NCBI RefSeq assembly: GCF_018977255.1 | Contig: NW_024704805.1 | Span: 124,142 to 188,000 of the forward strand | Source: Callorhinchus milii | Taxonomy: Eukaryota | DNA length: 63,859 nt | Direction: 5' to 3' | Shown here: piece by piece, positions 13,381 to 27,512 of the stretch | How the letters are laid out: every line of letters begins with the position of its first letter | How positions within the stretch are numbered: the stretch's first letter is position 1 | The notes under the pieces: model-generated | What the model was told of the DNA's origin: nothing | The model's database searches: none | Seen by the model: only the letters and a program-made list of their open reading frames with translations | Made by a program: the position numbers and the translations under genes

Positions 13381-13995
13381 AAGTATATACGATAATGTAT
13401 ATCAATGTTTCAATGCGCTTCACAGAAAAAAAACTGTCAAGTATAGTGACTGTGCATTTTGAAGGCGAAACACGATACTTATACCCAGAAAGTAAACCAG
13501 CAATCGACTAACACCGGATTCCTACTTACTGCGCTGTAAACAGTGTTGAGTGTGGAGTAAGGAAATTTGACCAACAGTTGACCATGTCTGGAATCGAGCA
13601 GATATCTCTCGCTTGGGGCGATGGCATTAATCCGTGAGCTACAGTACTCGACTGATGGTACATATATGTGAACTCATTTATGAGCGTTTGATGAACTAAT
13701 ATATGGGTGTATCTTGCTGCAGGTTTCAGACATGCGATTGAACAAAAACATATCAGTGATCGAAGAGCACCAATGGAGGAGCGATACGGCAGAGCAGAGA
13801 ACATGACGCAGAGACACAAGATTTGTACGTAACCCTCAGATCTGATCCCTCACAGTGTAGGGTAACTTCTGTAGGTTATTTCCTGTTCAGTACTCCTCAC
13901 CGTATCTTATTCTCTCCCAACCAACATTCTCCAACTACACCATCAACGTTCTCTCAACGCCCTGTGACATTAAATACAAATGATACAAATCATAA

Positions 13996-15113
13996 ATGAT
14001 AATGTATATCTATGTGGTAGCAGCCATCATTGCCTTATCAGATAAGCGCTAAGCTCATTCTACCAGTCTGGTTCCTGACATATTATCTAATGCTTATGTT
14101 TTATTTATGGAATTTATGAAATTTTCTTATGCAGAAGGCTGTAGATGCTCAGTCCATGTACAGTTTAAGACTGAGATTGATAGATTTCTAAAGGATAGAG
14201 GGTTTAAGGGATATGGGGATCAGGAGTGCAGATAGAGTTAGGTTAGAAGATCAGCCATGATATTATTGAATGGCTAGGCTGGCTGGAGGGTCCGAAGGGC
14301 CTACTCCTCTTCCTGATTTCTAGGTTCGTATGTTCCTATGTTTATTGTATAAAATAACCAATACGCTACCTGCCTCATGGAGTCGTCAGCTCAGCGGACA
14401 AGGACTGGCCTCGTCAGCGAGATGACCTGGTTTCGATTCCCGGGCGAGACAGGGGTAAACCCTATGCAAGTTCCTTACACCACAAAACACACTCTGTTTG
14501 CCCAGAAGTCAGTAGTACACGTTTGTTAATCGATTGTTGGAATATATTTCGTTTGTAAATAATCCTTAAAAAATGTATACTGATATTAACATTAAGAATG
14601 GTGTCAATCGTTCCATTACTGTTTGTGGGTGAATGTTATGCGCAATTAACTGCCACGTATCGCCCACAAACTACACAGCAAAAGTGTGTTATGTGAACCA
14701 TTTGCAGACACTGCCACCATGTGATTAGGGGCTATAATAAATCCAATAATTATTTATATTATTATTATTATTGCTGTTAACGCTGATGTGTTTCTCTTTC
14801 CCAGGACATAGTGGAGGAGATTCTGTGACACAGCTGCAATCTTGTGCAGTGAATGAAGGGGAGGATGTTTATTGCAGTGTAATTACACAGCTCCAAGCAC
14901 CAGCGATCCCTATCTGTTCTGGTACCGTCACTATCCCAATAAAGCTCCAGAATATATCCTAAGAACAGACACCAGCAACAAGTTCCCGGACCACGCGGAC
15001 TTCGCAAAAGGACGTTTCTCAACGAATGTGTCTAAAGTGGAGAGAACCGTCCCATTAAATATATCGCAAGTGAGAGTGAGAGACTCTGCGGGGTATTACT
15101 GTGCACTGAGCCC
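13996..15113 (+). pseudogene. V pseudogene Y2 (leader 13996-14041, V exon 14805-15113)
   Basis: Leader MIMYIYVVAAIIALS, donor reads ATAAGC (14042) with a normal AG acceptor. FR1 has a frameshifting deletion relative to Y3/Y5. RSS cacagag 15114-15120, 23 bp, acaagaact. Confidence 0.85.
14140..14340 (+). mobile_element. CR1-type LINE 3' end in the Y leader intron (copies at about 21210-21410 and 39520-39725; other CR1 fragments at about 11200-11290 and 60100-60520)
   Basis: gatcagccatgatattattgaatggc...gggtccgaagggcctactcct...tatgttcctatg is the characteristic chondrichthyan CR1 3' terminus. Confidence 0.75.
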
Positions 15114-16728
15114 CACAGAGGTACAGATCAGCGATTCCGCCCTACAAGAACTGCCTGTAGCTAAATGTTTATAGTACTCGCCTCGAAAGCAACCAAGCAA
15201 GCAAGATACGTGGGTTCAATTCACGGCAAAGTGTTTTGTGGCGTTTCGAAGATCTGATTTTGCACTGTATTAAATGCAACGATACTTTTTATTATTAAGT
15301 CCGATCATGTTATTTTCACATAAATAACTTCATTTATTTTGCATTCTGCGGAGAACTGCACATGGAAGTGTCTTCCATTTCTTTTTGAAAAAGTAGTAAA
15401 AAATAAGAAACTTTAACTTGAATTTACGTCGTGAAATTCATAACGGGAAAGTTATGACGGGCCGAAAACTTTTTGCTATCAACTGTCTCCAAATGCACAC
15501 ATGCTGTAGCTCCAATCCACCAGCAGATGTCGCACTAAAAATACTTATAACATGAGCTGCGACTGACATAACTTGTCACGATCCTTCTGTAACTAACTTC
15601 CTTGGCAGCAATAACAGGTGTTTCCTGTTGCAAATGACATACTTTCCTGACATACACCGTTGCTGCTTCAGTTGACGTGTAAAAACCGTGTCTAAAAGAT
15701 GATTGGCACAAAATTTAGATTGCTCAAGAAACATTATTTGTGTCAGTTTTTACATTTCTCCAAAATAAGTAGCCGCCTTTATGTGGATCTCACTGAGGTA
15801 ATAAATGTGATAAATTTTGTTAAGTGAAATATGGTCATTTATTTCGGTTTAATTTGCAAGCGAGAATACAACTGACATAGTTTCAGTTAATGTAACAATT
15901 GAAGCGTTATCTCCGATATAATGTGAGCTCAAACTGTCCATCTGGGTCCAGAACCAACAACATTCGGACTTATAAAAGAAAGTACCATTAACAAAGGCAG
16001 ATTTTCAGCTCAGCCTTGATGATGGAAAGTAAACCTTTTTTTAAGCTGGGCTGCATGGTGCAAAATCCTTTAAATGAATGCATTCAGAACAGTAACGAAA
16101 ATAATAATGAGTCTTACGGTTGATATAGCGCAATATCGCGTGAAGGAGGCGTCTGAAGCGCTTCACAAATGTACAGTAAAACAAATTGTTAGTGGTTGAA
16201 ACGCACAACTCGTATCCTATCCCAGACCCATTGGCTTCCAATCCTCGACAGATCAAGTTCAAGATCCTCATAGGATAAAGTAGCATCAAAAGAGGAAGGT
16301 TGTCAACTCACCGATGATGACAGTCACTATTGCTATATTCCTTCAGGCTCTGCTGCATGGCTCAACGGTCCAAATGAATGAATTCAGTATAAAAATAACA
16401 TTTAAAATTAAATGAATATTTTCATTTGACATAGTGCCTGATCGCGTCTTGAGACATTTCAAAGCGCTTCACACAACACACTGTAAAGAAAATTGTTAGT
16501 GGGTGAAACGTGCGTCAATATTCCCATCCTAGACCAGACCCATTGGCTCCCTATCCCCGACAGATCAAGTTCAAGAACCTCTGTTTAGTGGGAAACGCCT
16601 ACAATCGGAGACAGTAAACCACTGAACCCGTCAGATCAGCGGCTTCCTCACAACTCGTCACTGAAGCAGCGACACAGCGATATAGAAAGGAAGAGATCCC
16701 ATTATCTGTCCACACCTCAGCAGCCAAC

Positions 16729-17603
16729 ATGACAGCTCTCTGCCAGTTACTGATAGCAATCCTCACCATAGCCAGTAAGTGTGCGTGGACATGCCCAGCG
16801 CATGATTTGTACACTATATAATATCAGATGCTTAATGTTAGAGCAATCGCCTCGGAAACGACAGGACCTGTGTTCGATTCGGGCAGTCGACACTTTCAGC
16901 AAGTTTCACGCTTCGGTTTTAAATGGGAACCGAGGTAATAACCCATTAAAAAAACAGTTAACAATAATCTGATCATTCAATCTATGGTTGTTGTTGATGT
17001 TGTTGGACAATGCTGTGCTGACTTAGCTGTTCAGTTTCATCTAAAAAATATAGTCAATTCGGTTTACAATAGTAATAATAATCACTGCATTTGATATAGC
17101 GCTTTTCACGTTGGGAGGACGTCGCAAAGCGCTTCACAGAACACACTGTAAAGTGAACTGACTGTATATGTGTTTCTCTTGGCTCTTTGAGCCTCAAACT
17201 TTGTGAAAAGGCGCTATATAAAAAGGAATAATTACTATACTTATGATGAATTGAAATTACCACTGAGCGTTGCTCAGCCTAATGTGTTAGTTTTGCTGTT
17301 CTTGCAGAAGTCCGTGGACAAGATGTTGTATCCCAATTCCTCCCGAGATAACAGATATTGAAGGAAAAGACGTGACACTAAAATGTAATATTTCAACATT
17401 GAACACTGCCTTCTGGTACAAGCAATATCCCGATGAAACCTTCATTACTTGTTCAGGATATATACCTCTGGAAAAGTAGACAAATCTCCTGATCTACCGG
17501 AACGTTTCACAGGCGAGCTGATCAAGGAGAATAAAGTAATTAAGATGCAGATATTCGGTGCTGTTATGGGTGACAGCGCTGTGTATCACTGTGCCCTAAA
17601 CCC
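16729..17603 (+). pseudogene. V segment X2 (leader 16729-16774, V exon 17308-17603), frameshifted as assembled
   Basis: Near-identical to intact X5 but 296 nt instead of 298: single-base losses in a T run (about 17337) and an A run (about 17437). RSS cacactg 17604-17610, 23 bp, acaaaaact. Could be homopolymer sequencing errors. Confidence 0.75.
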
Positions 17604-19051
17604 CACACTGCTACAGGAAGGCAGATTCCCCGTACAAAAACTCAGAAGGCAATATTATCTTGCTCTCACACATTTAACATGCGCTTTAAACAGACTGAAG
17701 TACATATGAAATTAAAGCAGGCAGATTTGTGTAGCTCTGTGTTTATAGCACTTGCCTCACAATCGACGGGCGTGGGTTCAATTGCCAAGAGAACGGATCA
17801 TGGTGCAACTTTCCTTATTCCACCTTCCCGTCTCTGTTTACCATCAGAACGTAGGAAGCAGGTTGTCAATCGATTGGCGGATCGATTTTCCAGAGTTAGC
17901 AATTCCTTCAGAATTATCGTGTTGATAGTAAATTGTTCACTTCATCCAATGGGACACCGATATTTACAATTTGCTGCCATGCTTGGCCCTCACAATACGC
18001 AGTCAATTCGTTTACTGTATATTGAATGAAGCACTGAGTGGCGTCTCGAAGATGTGATATGGCGCTGTATCAAATGCGACTATTATTATTATTGTTATTA
18101 ACTGTAGTCATGTTATCATCAAAGTGGTAATTAAAAATGTCTTGCTTTCTGGGGAGCGCTGCCACATGTATGCTTCTTTCTATGCTGCATTAGTAAGTAA
18201 GTAAACATCAAAGCAAACAATTTCCGTTTAAATTGCTTAAACAAAAATTATCTGAAGAAAACTGTTTCTTCTGGTGGTTGGGGGAATGCAGAATAAGGGT
18301 GCATTAGAGCCAGTCCAGTTAGCAAAGAAATTGGCAGGAAAAAATTACGAAAAATTTAAGGAAATCTGGAAAACTTCTACAAAGATTCTGGAAATGTTGG
18401 TTCTATTCACATTTTCCAGACTGAGTTGGATACATTTATTTTAGCTCAGAATATCAAGGATTACGAAGAAAAGGTTAGAATATGTGTTGAGAGATAAATC
18501 AGCCATGATGTGATATAACGTTGGAACAAACTCAAGGACCTGATGGTCTGCTCCTATTCCTAGTTAGCGCTTTCCACGTATGGGAGCGTTCTTGGCGAGT
18601 CACTAAAGAAACGAAACATTTTAGTGTATTGAAGTTAAAGAAGAATGAACATTAAATTTCATTTAAAATCTCGTGAGCACATTTGCCTTGCGAAGTCCTC
18701 CTGACGTGAACCGACTTGAATAAATATCAATATGTTGTCACTCTGGTGCAAAATACTCCAAGTCAGCTAACTGTGCAGTCAAATGATATAATCGATGAAA
18801 TAATAAGACAAGGAATTCAATAGAAATGGAGGAGCAAGTGGCGCAGCACGTGTTAGCACAGAGACACGTCAATGTAAAAGAATGTGAATGACACCGAATA
18901 TCCGAAGGTTCCAGAGAGGAAGATAAAATATGGGGAACGAGCAGGGAATCTAGACTAATGCATAAACTTCCTATGGAGAAGATAGCACCAAGGAAAGGTA
19001 AGACGGGCCCAAAATTATTATGCTATGAAACCTCTCCAATTATGTACGTAT

Positions 19052-19180
19052 TGTAGCTGCAATCCACCAGCAGATGGCGCACTAAACAAACACATATAAC
19101 ATGAGCTGCAACTCACATAATACGTCACGCTCCTTTCTGTAACTACCTTTCCTTTGTAGCAGTAACAGGTGCTTCCTGTT
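19052..19180 (+). promoter_or_regulatory. Putative CTCF site (ccagcagatggcgc 19067-19080, upstream tgtagctgc) plus E-box/ETS element (caggtgcttcct 19166-19177); best of 12 copies
   Basis: Exact match to the CTCF core CCASYAGRKGGCRS here and at 44482. Related copies at 4336, 8116, 11809, 15520, 22600, 25990, 32091, 37188, 40913 and 50468 carry 1-3 mismatches; all are on the + strand. Confidence 0.6.
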
Positions 19181-19847
19181 GCAGTTGACATATTTCACTC
19201 ATACACACTATTGCTGCTTCAACAGAAATTTACAAATATTTCCCTGAAGTATTAACATACCTCGGTTGCTCATGAAACAATTTCTATCTCACCTATTTTA
19301 TATTATTGCCTTTATTCTCGATTAGCAGCCGCTCTTAAATTGTTTTCTCCGCGGTATAGCAATTCTCTGTTGACATTTGTTACAGTATCGGCTTCTGCCA
19401 CCCTTTCGGCAATGCACTTAAGATCAGAACAACTGGCAGTGTGAAAAAAAAATCTGCTCCTCACAGTTTGTTCAGGCAACTACATTAAACGTGAACATTA
19501 AGCTATTCAATACGTTTATTACAACATAATTTAAAAAGATCATTGATATCTCATCCCGCAACTGAAACATTCAAAAGCGACCAAGCTGCTCACTGTGAAA
19601 TACAGATTGGATTATGTTCTGCTGTTCTGGTCTGACACTCTAGAGCAGGCCTGGCTGTCAGTATTGTTGGTGAAGCTTGTCGTACCGAGGAGATAGTAAA
19701 CCCAGGTCCAGGCGGCTTGCATGAAGGGACTATAGTGATGCCATTGCAATGCCCGAGAAAGTTTTCAACGGTTCTGGACAGACTTTCCATAGGTTAAATT
19801 CATCCTTCATTCATAGCTGTTTGTAGGAAAGTGTGCATACAAATTGT

Positions 19848-19872
19848 NNNNNNNNNNNNNNNNNNNNNNNNN
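19848..19872. other. Assembly gap (25 N)
   Basis: Run of N at the point where copy 1 departs from copy 2. Confidence 0.99.
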
Positions 19873-21063
19873 TGCCAGGTATTGTCCACAAAATACACTG
19901 TCGATACTCTGTACACTGTGAAGAAGTTATAGACTCCTCGGTAATTGATAAGGCTTGATATCAAACACAAGGGCAATTATTATAACTCACAGGTTGGTTT
20001 GGTTATCCAAAAGAATGGTGATGGGTGTCCTCACATGTGTTACACACCGGTTAAGAAAAATAAATGTGAATATATGAAGAATCATTCAGCAAAATAAATC
20101 GTAAACCGCAGTAACTTGCATAATTGAATTATGCTAAGAAACTTGTGTTTTGTCCCCAAACTGCTGTAACCCAGAAGTCTTGAGCGGAGAGTGGCAAGAA
20201 GAAAACTCTCAACTAATTGGGGAGAGAAAGCTGAGAAACTGCTGACGTAACATGGCTCTTACCCTTTCGCTTTGAACCCTCTCAATGCCTCGTTTCACTT
20301 CGTTACCAAATTGACAGCTGCCCCCGGGGACCTGAAGCCAACACACATTAGGTGATTGTCTTGCCATCTGCACACACTCAGTGGCTTCCACTGAATAGCC
20401 CGTCCTGCCTTATTTTGATTATCTATATTACAATAAACCTTGACATTTAATAGAGCGAATAATTTCGCTCTGATATGTCTCAATGCGCTTCACAGAAAAA
20501 ACTGTCAAGTATAGTGACTGTGCATTTTGAAGGCGGAACAGGATACTTATACCCAGAAACTAAACCAGCAATCGACTAACTACCAGGTTCTTACTTACTG
20601 CGCTGTAAACAGTGTTGAGTGTGGAGTAAGGAAATTTGACCAACAGTTGACCATGTCAGGAATCGAACAGATATCTCTCGCTTGGGGCGATGGCTTTAAT
20701 CCGTGAGCTGCAGAACTCGACTGATGGTACATATATGTGAACTCATTTATGAGCGTTTGATGAACTAATATATGTGTGTATCTTGCTGCAGGTTTCAGAC
20801 ATGCGATTGAACAAAAACGTATCAGTGATGGAAGAGAACCAATGTAGGAGCGATACGGCAGAGCAGAGAAAATGACGCAGAGACACAAGGTTTGTACGTA
20901 ACCCTCAGATCCTCTCCCTCACAGTGTAGAGTAACTTCTCTAGGTTATTCCTGTTCAGTAGTCCTCACCGTATCTTATTCTCTCCCAGCCAACATTCTCC
21001 AACTACACCATCAACGTTCTCTCAACACCCTGTGACATTAAATACAGATGATACAAATCATAA

Positions 21064-22195
21064 ATGATAATGTATATCTATGTGGTAGCAGCCATCATTG
21101 CCTTATCAGGTAAGCGCTAAGCTCACTCTACCTGTCTGGTTCCTGGACATATTATCTAATGCTTATGTTTTATTTATGGAATTTATGAAATTCTATAATG
21201 CAGAAGGCTGTAGATGCTCAGTCCGTGTACAAGTTTAAGACTGAGATTGATAGATTTCTAAAGTATAGAGGGTTTAAGGGATATGGGGATCAGGAGTGCA
21301 GATAGTGTTAGGTTAGAAGATCAGCCATGATATTATTGAATGGCTAGGCTGGCTGGAGGGTCCGAATGGCCTACTCCTGTTCCTGATTTCTATGTTCGTA
21401 TGTTCCTACGTTTATGGTATAAAATAACCAATACGCTACCTGCCTCATGGAGACGTCCAGCTCAGCGGACAAGGACTTGGTCTCGTCAGCGAGATGACCT
21501 GGTTTCAATTCCCGGGCGAGACAGGGGGTAAACCCTATGCAAGTTTCCTTACACCGCAAATACACACTCTGTTTGCCCAGAAGTCAGTAGATGCACGTTT
21601 GTTAATCGATTGTTGGAATATATTTCGTTTGTAAATAATCCTTCAAAAAAATGTATACTTATATTAACATAAAAAATGCTGTCAATCGTTCCATCACTGT
21701 TTGTGGGTGAATGTTGTGCGCAATTAACTGCCACGTATCGCCCACAAACTACAAAGCAAAACTGTGCTATGTGAACTATTTGCAGACACCGCAACCATGT
21801 GTTAGGGGCTATATCAAATCCAATAATCAGTTATATTTTTATTATTATTGCTGTTAATCGCTGACGTGTTTCTCTTTCCCACGACATAGTGGAGGAGATT
21901 CTGTGACACAGCTGCAATCTGCTGTTACAGTGAATGAAGGGGAGGTTGTTTACCTGCAGTGTAATTACACAGCTGCAAGCACCAGCGATCCCTATCTGTT
22001 CTGGTACCGTCACTATCCCAATAAAGCTCCAGAATATATCCTAAGAACAGACACCAGCAACAAGTTTCCGGACCACGCAGACTTCGCAAAAGGACGTTTC
22101 TCAACGAATGTGTCTAAAGTGGAGAGAACCGTCCCATTAAATATATCGCAAGTGAGAGTGACAGACTCTGCGGGATATTACTGTGCACTGAGCCC
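21064..22195 (+). other. V segment Y3 (leader 21064-21109, V exon 21883-22195): open frames but GT...AC intron, probably unspliceable
   Basis: Intact leader and GT donor; acceptor reads ttcccAC (21881-21882) where Y2 has AG; full V ORF ending YYCALSP; RSS cacagag 22196-22202, 23 bp, acaagaact. Confidence 0.8.
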
Positions 22196-23765
22196 CACAG
22201 AGGTACAGATCAGCGATTCCGCCCTACAAGAACTGCCTGTAGCTAAATGTTTATAGTACTCGCCTCGAAAGCAACCAAGCAAGCAAGATACGTGGGTTCA
22301 ATTCACGGGAAAGTGTTTTGTGGCGTTTCGAAGATCTGATTTTTGCACTGTATTAAATGCAACGATACTTATTATTAAGTACGATCATGTTATTTTCATA
22401 GAAATAACTTCATTTATTTTGCATTCTGCGGAGAACTGCACATGGAAGTGTCTTCCATTTCTTTTTGAAAAAGTAGTAAAAAATAAGAAACTTTAACTTG
22501 AATTTACGTCGTGAAATTCATAACGGGAAAGTTATGACGGGCCGAAAGCTTTTTGCTATTAACTGTATCCAAATGTACACAGACTGTAGCTGTAATCCAC
22601 CAGCAGATATCGCATTGAAGACACATAAAACATGAGCTCCGACTGACATAACTTGTCACGATCCTTCTGCAACTACCTTCCTTGGCAGCAATAGCAGGTG
22701 CTTCCTGTTACATGACATAGTTCCTTCACATTCACTGTTGCTGCTTCAGCTGAAGTGTAAAAGCCTTGTCTAAAACGTAGATTGCTCAAGAAACATTATA
22801 TTTGTTACTTTCTTTATTTCTGCAACATAAGCAGCCGCCATTATGTGGATCTCACTGAGGCAATAAATGTGTTAAACTTTGTTAAGAGCAATATGGTCAT
22901 TTATTGTGGTTTAATTTGAAAATGGGATTAAAACTGACCTAGTTTAATTTAATGTAATAATTAAAGCGCTATCTCCGATACACTGTAAGCTCAAACTGTC
23001 GAACTGGGTCCAGAACAAACAATATTCAGACTCATAAGAGAAGTTACCAATAACAGATGCAGGTTTTCACCTCAACCTTGATGATAGAAAGTAAACCTTT
23101 TTTTAAGCTAGGCTGCATGGTTCAAAATCAACCAAATGAACGCATTCAGAACAGTAGAAAATAAAATGAGTCTTACGTTGATATAGCGCAATATCGCGTG
23201 AAGGAGGCGTCTGAAGCGCTTCAAAATGTACAGTAAAACAAATTGTTAGTGGTTGAAACGCACACTCGTATCCTATCCCAGACCCATTGGCTTCCAATCC
23301 CGCAGATCAAGTTCAAGATCCTCATAGAGAAAGTAGCATCAAAAGAGGAAGGTTGTCAACTCACCGATGATGACAGACTATTGCTATATTCCTTAGGCTC
23401 TGCTGCATGGCTCAACGGTCCAAATGAATGAATTCAGTATAAAATAACATTTAAAATTAAATGAATATTTCATTTGACATAGTGCCTGATCGCGTCTTGA
23501 CGACATTTCAAGCGTTCACACAAACACTGTAAAGAAAATTGTTAGTGGGTGAAACGTGCGCAATATTCCCATCCAGACCAGACCCATTGGCTCCATCCCC
23601 GACAGATCAAGTTCAAGACCTCTGTTTAGTGGGAAACGCCTACAATGGAGAAGTAAACCACTGAACCCGTCAGATCAGCGGCTTCCTCACAACTCGTCAC
23701 TGAAGCAGCACACAGCGATATAAAAGGAAGAGATCCCATTATCTGTCCACACCTCAGCAGCCAAC

Positions 23766-24618
23766 ATGACAGCTCTCTGCCAGTTACTGATAGCAATCCT
23801 CACCATAGCCAGTAAGTGTGTGGTGGACATGCCCAGCGCATGATTTTACATATATAATATCAGATGCTTAAGTTAGAGCAATCGCCTCGGAACGACAGAG
23901 ACCTGTGTTCGATTCCGGGCAGTCGACACTTTCAGCAAGTTTCACGCTTCGGTTTTAATGGGAAGAGGTAATAACCCATTAAAAAAACAGTTAACAATAA
24001 TCTGATCATTCAATCTATGGTTTTTTGATGTTGTTGGACAATGCTGTGCTGACTTAGCTGTTCAGTTTCATCTAAAAAATATAGTCAATTCGGTTTACAA
24101 TAGTAATAATTCACTGCATTTGATATAGCGCTTTTCACGTTGGGAGGACGTCGCAAAGCGCTTCACAGAACACATGTAAAGTGAACTGATGTATATTTTT
24201 CTCTGGCTTTTGAGCTAAACTTTGTGAAAAGGCGTATATAAAAGGAATAATTACTATACTTATATAATTGAAATTACACTGAGCGTTGCTCAGCCAATGT
24301 GTTAGTTTTGCTGTTCTTGCAGAAGTCCGTGGACAAGATGTTGTATCCCAATTTCCTCCCGAGATAACAGATATTGAAGGAAAAGACGTGACACTAAAAT
24401 GTAATATTTCAAATTGAACACTGCCTTCTGGTACAAGCAATATCCCGATGAAAACCTTCATTACTTGTTCAGGATATATACCTCTGGAAAGTAGACAAAT
24501 CTCCTGATCTACCGGAACGTTTCACAGGCGAGCTGATCAAGGAGAATAAAGTAATTAAGATGCAGATATTCGGTGCTGTTATGGGTGACAGCGCTGTGTA
24601 TCACTGTGCCCTAAACCC
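23766..24618 (+). pseudogene. V segment X3 (leader 23766-23811, V exon 24323-24618), frameshifted, frameshifts likely artefactual
   Basis: X2/X5-like exon with two 1-nt deletions, both at positions where X1 and X2 differ; RSS cacactg 24619-24625, 23 bp, acaaaaact. Confidence 0.7.
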
Positions 24619-27512
24619 CACACTGCTACAGGAAGGCAGATTCCCCGTACAAAAACTCAGAAGCAATATTATCTTGCTCTCACACATTTAACATGGCTTT
24701 AAACAGACTGAAATATGAAATTAAACAGGAGATTTGTGTAGCTCTGTGTTTATAGCACTTGCCTCACAATCGACGGCGTGGGTTCAATTGCCAAGAGAAC
24801 GGATCATGGTGCAACTTCCTTATTCCACCTTCCCGTCTCTGTTTACCATCAGAAGTAGGAAGCAGGTTGTCAATCGATTGGCGGATCGATTTTCCAGAGT
24901 TAAATTCCTTCAGAATTATCGTGTGAATAGTAAATTGTTCACTTCATCCAATGGGACACCGATATTTACAATTTGCTGCCTGCTTGGCCCTCACAATAGC
25001 AGTCAATTCGTTTACTGTATATTGAAGAAGCACTGAGTGGCGTCTCGAAGATGTGATATGGCGCTGTATCAAATGCACTATTATTATTTTGTTATTAACT
25101 GTAGTCATGTTATCATTCCAAAGTAATAATAAAAATGTCTTGCTTTCTGGGGAGCGCTGCCACTGTATGCTTCTTTCTATGCTGCATTAGTAAGTAAGAA
25201 ACATCAAACAAACAATTTCCGTTTAAATTGCTAACACAGAAACTATTATTCTATAGAGAAAACTGTTTCTTCTGGTGGTTGGCGGAATGCAGAATAGGGT
25301 TGCATGAGCCAGTCCAGTAGCAAAAAATTGGCAGGAAAAAATTACGAAAAATTTAGGAAATCTGGAAAACTTCACAAAGATTCTGCAGAGTTGTTCATTA
25401 ATTTTCCCAGACTGAGTTGGATACATTTATTTTAGCTCAGAATTCAAGATTACGAAGAAAAGGTTGCAATATGTGTTGAGAGATAAATCAGCCATGATGT
25501 ATATAACGTTGGAACACTCAAGGACTGATGGTCTGCTCCTATTCCTATTAGCGCTTTCCACGTTGGGGAGCGTCTTGGGATCAAAAGAAAGAAACCAATT
25601 TGGTATTAACGTTAAAGAAGAATGAATTAAATTTCATTTTAAGTTTATTGAGCACATTTGCCTGCGAAGTCCTCCTGACGGAACGACTTACCTAAATTCT
25701 GATGTTACTCTGTAAAATCTATAGTCAGCAATGTGCAGTCAAATATATAATCGATGAAATAAAAGAAGTGAATTAATAAAATTGGGGAAGCAAGTGTTGC
25801 ACAGAGACACGTCAAATTAAAAGAATGTGAATGACAGAATTCGAAGTTCCAGAGAGAAGAAAAATATGAGGAACGAGCGGGAATTAGACTAATGATAAAT
25901 TCTAGTGGAGAAGAAGCACCAAGGAAAGGAAGCGGGCCCATAGCAATTAAGCTAGAAACCTCTCCAATTAGACGTTTGTAGCTCAATCACCAGCAGATGG
26001 GCACTAAACACACATAAACATGAGCTGCAACTAATAAACTTGTCACGCTCCTTTCGTAATATTTCCTTTGAGCAGTAACAGGTGCTTCCGTTGGTTTGAC
26101 AATTTCACTCATACACACTATTGCTGCTTCAAATGAAATTTACAAATATTTGCCTAAGTATTAACAACCTGGTTGCCAGAAACAATTTCTATCTCACTAT
26201 TTATATTTTGTTCCCTTTCCATTAGCAGCCGTTTAAATTGTATTCTCTACGGTATGCAATTCTCTTTGAATTTGTTAATATCGGCTTCTGCCACCCTTTA
26301 GGCAATGCATTATAGATCAGAACAACTGGCGTGTGAAAAAAATAATTCTGGCCTCCTCAATGCTTTTTCAGGCAACTCATTAAACGTGAAATTAAGCTAT
26401 TAATACGTTATTACAACATAATTTAAAAAATTCTTGATATTCATCCCGCAACTGAAACATTAAAAGCACCGAAGTGCTCACTGTGAAATACAATTGGATT
26501 ATGTTCTGTGTTCTGGCTGACACTTAGGCAGGCCTGGCTGTCGTATTGTGGTGAACTTGTCCTACCGAGGAGATATTAAACCAGGTCAGAGCGCTTGCTG
26601 AAGGGACTATAGTGTGCCATGCATGCCCGAGAAAGTTTTCAACTGTCTGGACAGACTTTCCTAGGTAAATTCTCCTTCATTCATAGCTGTTTGTGGAACA
26701 TTGTTGTACACAAATTGGATGCCAAGTTGACAAAAAAATCTGCCTCTGTTTTCGACATTAAAACCTGCGAGGAGGTTTGAGGCGTACGACAAATGACAAG
26801 CTGTATTTGATAAAAGCATTTCTAAACCCGAATACAAAACACAATTGTAAGGCATTCTTATTCTAAATTGTAACATATACGATAATAATAAGAAAGGTTG
26901 CATTTGATATACTGCAATATTACGTCATTGAGACGTCTCAGATCTCTTCACAGAATGCGCTGAAAAGTGTAGTGACTATATTTTTTTATGCCAATTGTGT
27001 ACAGCAGTGTCCCACAAAAAGTTGTGGTTTGAGTTGCCAGATTTTTCGGCGCTGTGCGATTGGGAGAGTATGGAAGGTGGGGTGGCGGTGGTGGTTTAGG
27101 GTTAGGTTAGGTGTGGCGTGTTAGAATGTCTTGTGTGGGCCAAACATTGTAGCCAACTGTGTAAAACAGCAGCCCACAAATTTCATGAATTGAGGCACCT
27201 GATTGTGTGGCACTGTGTGTTTCTGTGGGGGGAGTGGATGGGGCGTTGAGCTTAAATGCAACGGAAGTGATTGGGCGATGCGGCTCAGTGCGGGGGGGCA
27301 GTGAATGAGTGACGCAGTTCTGTGGGCGTGGCAGTGGCGGTGTGGGCGGGGCTCTCTGTGGGCGGGGCAGTGACTGAGTGACGCAGCTCTGTGGGCGTGG
27401 CAGCGGCTGTGTGGGCGGGGCTCTCTGTGGGCGGGGCTGTAACAGTGTGACTACTGAGCCAAAAAGCCCCATCAATCCACATTGGAGAGTTAATGTCAGA
27501 CACGGGATCAGG

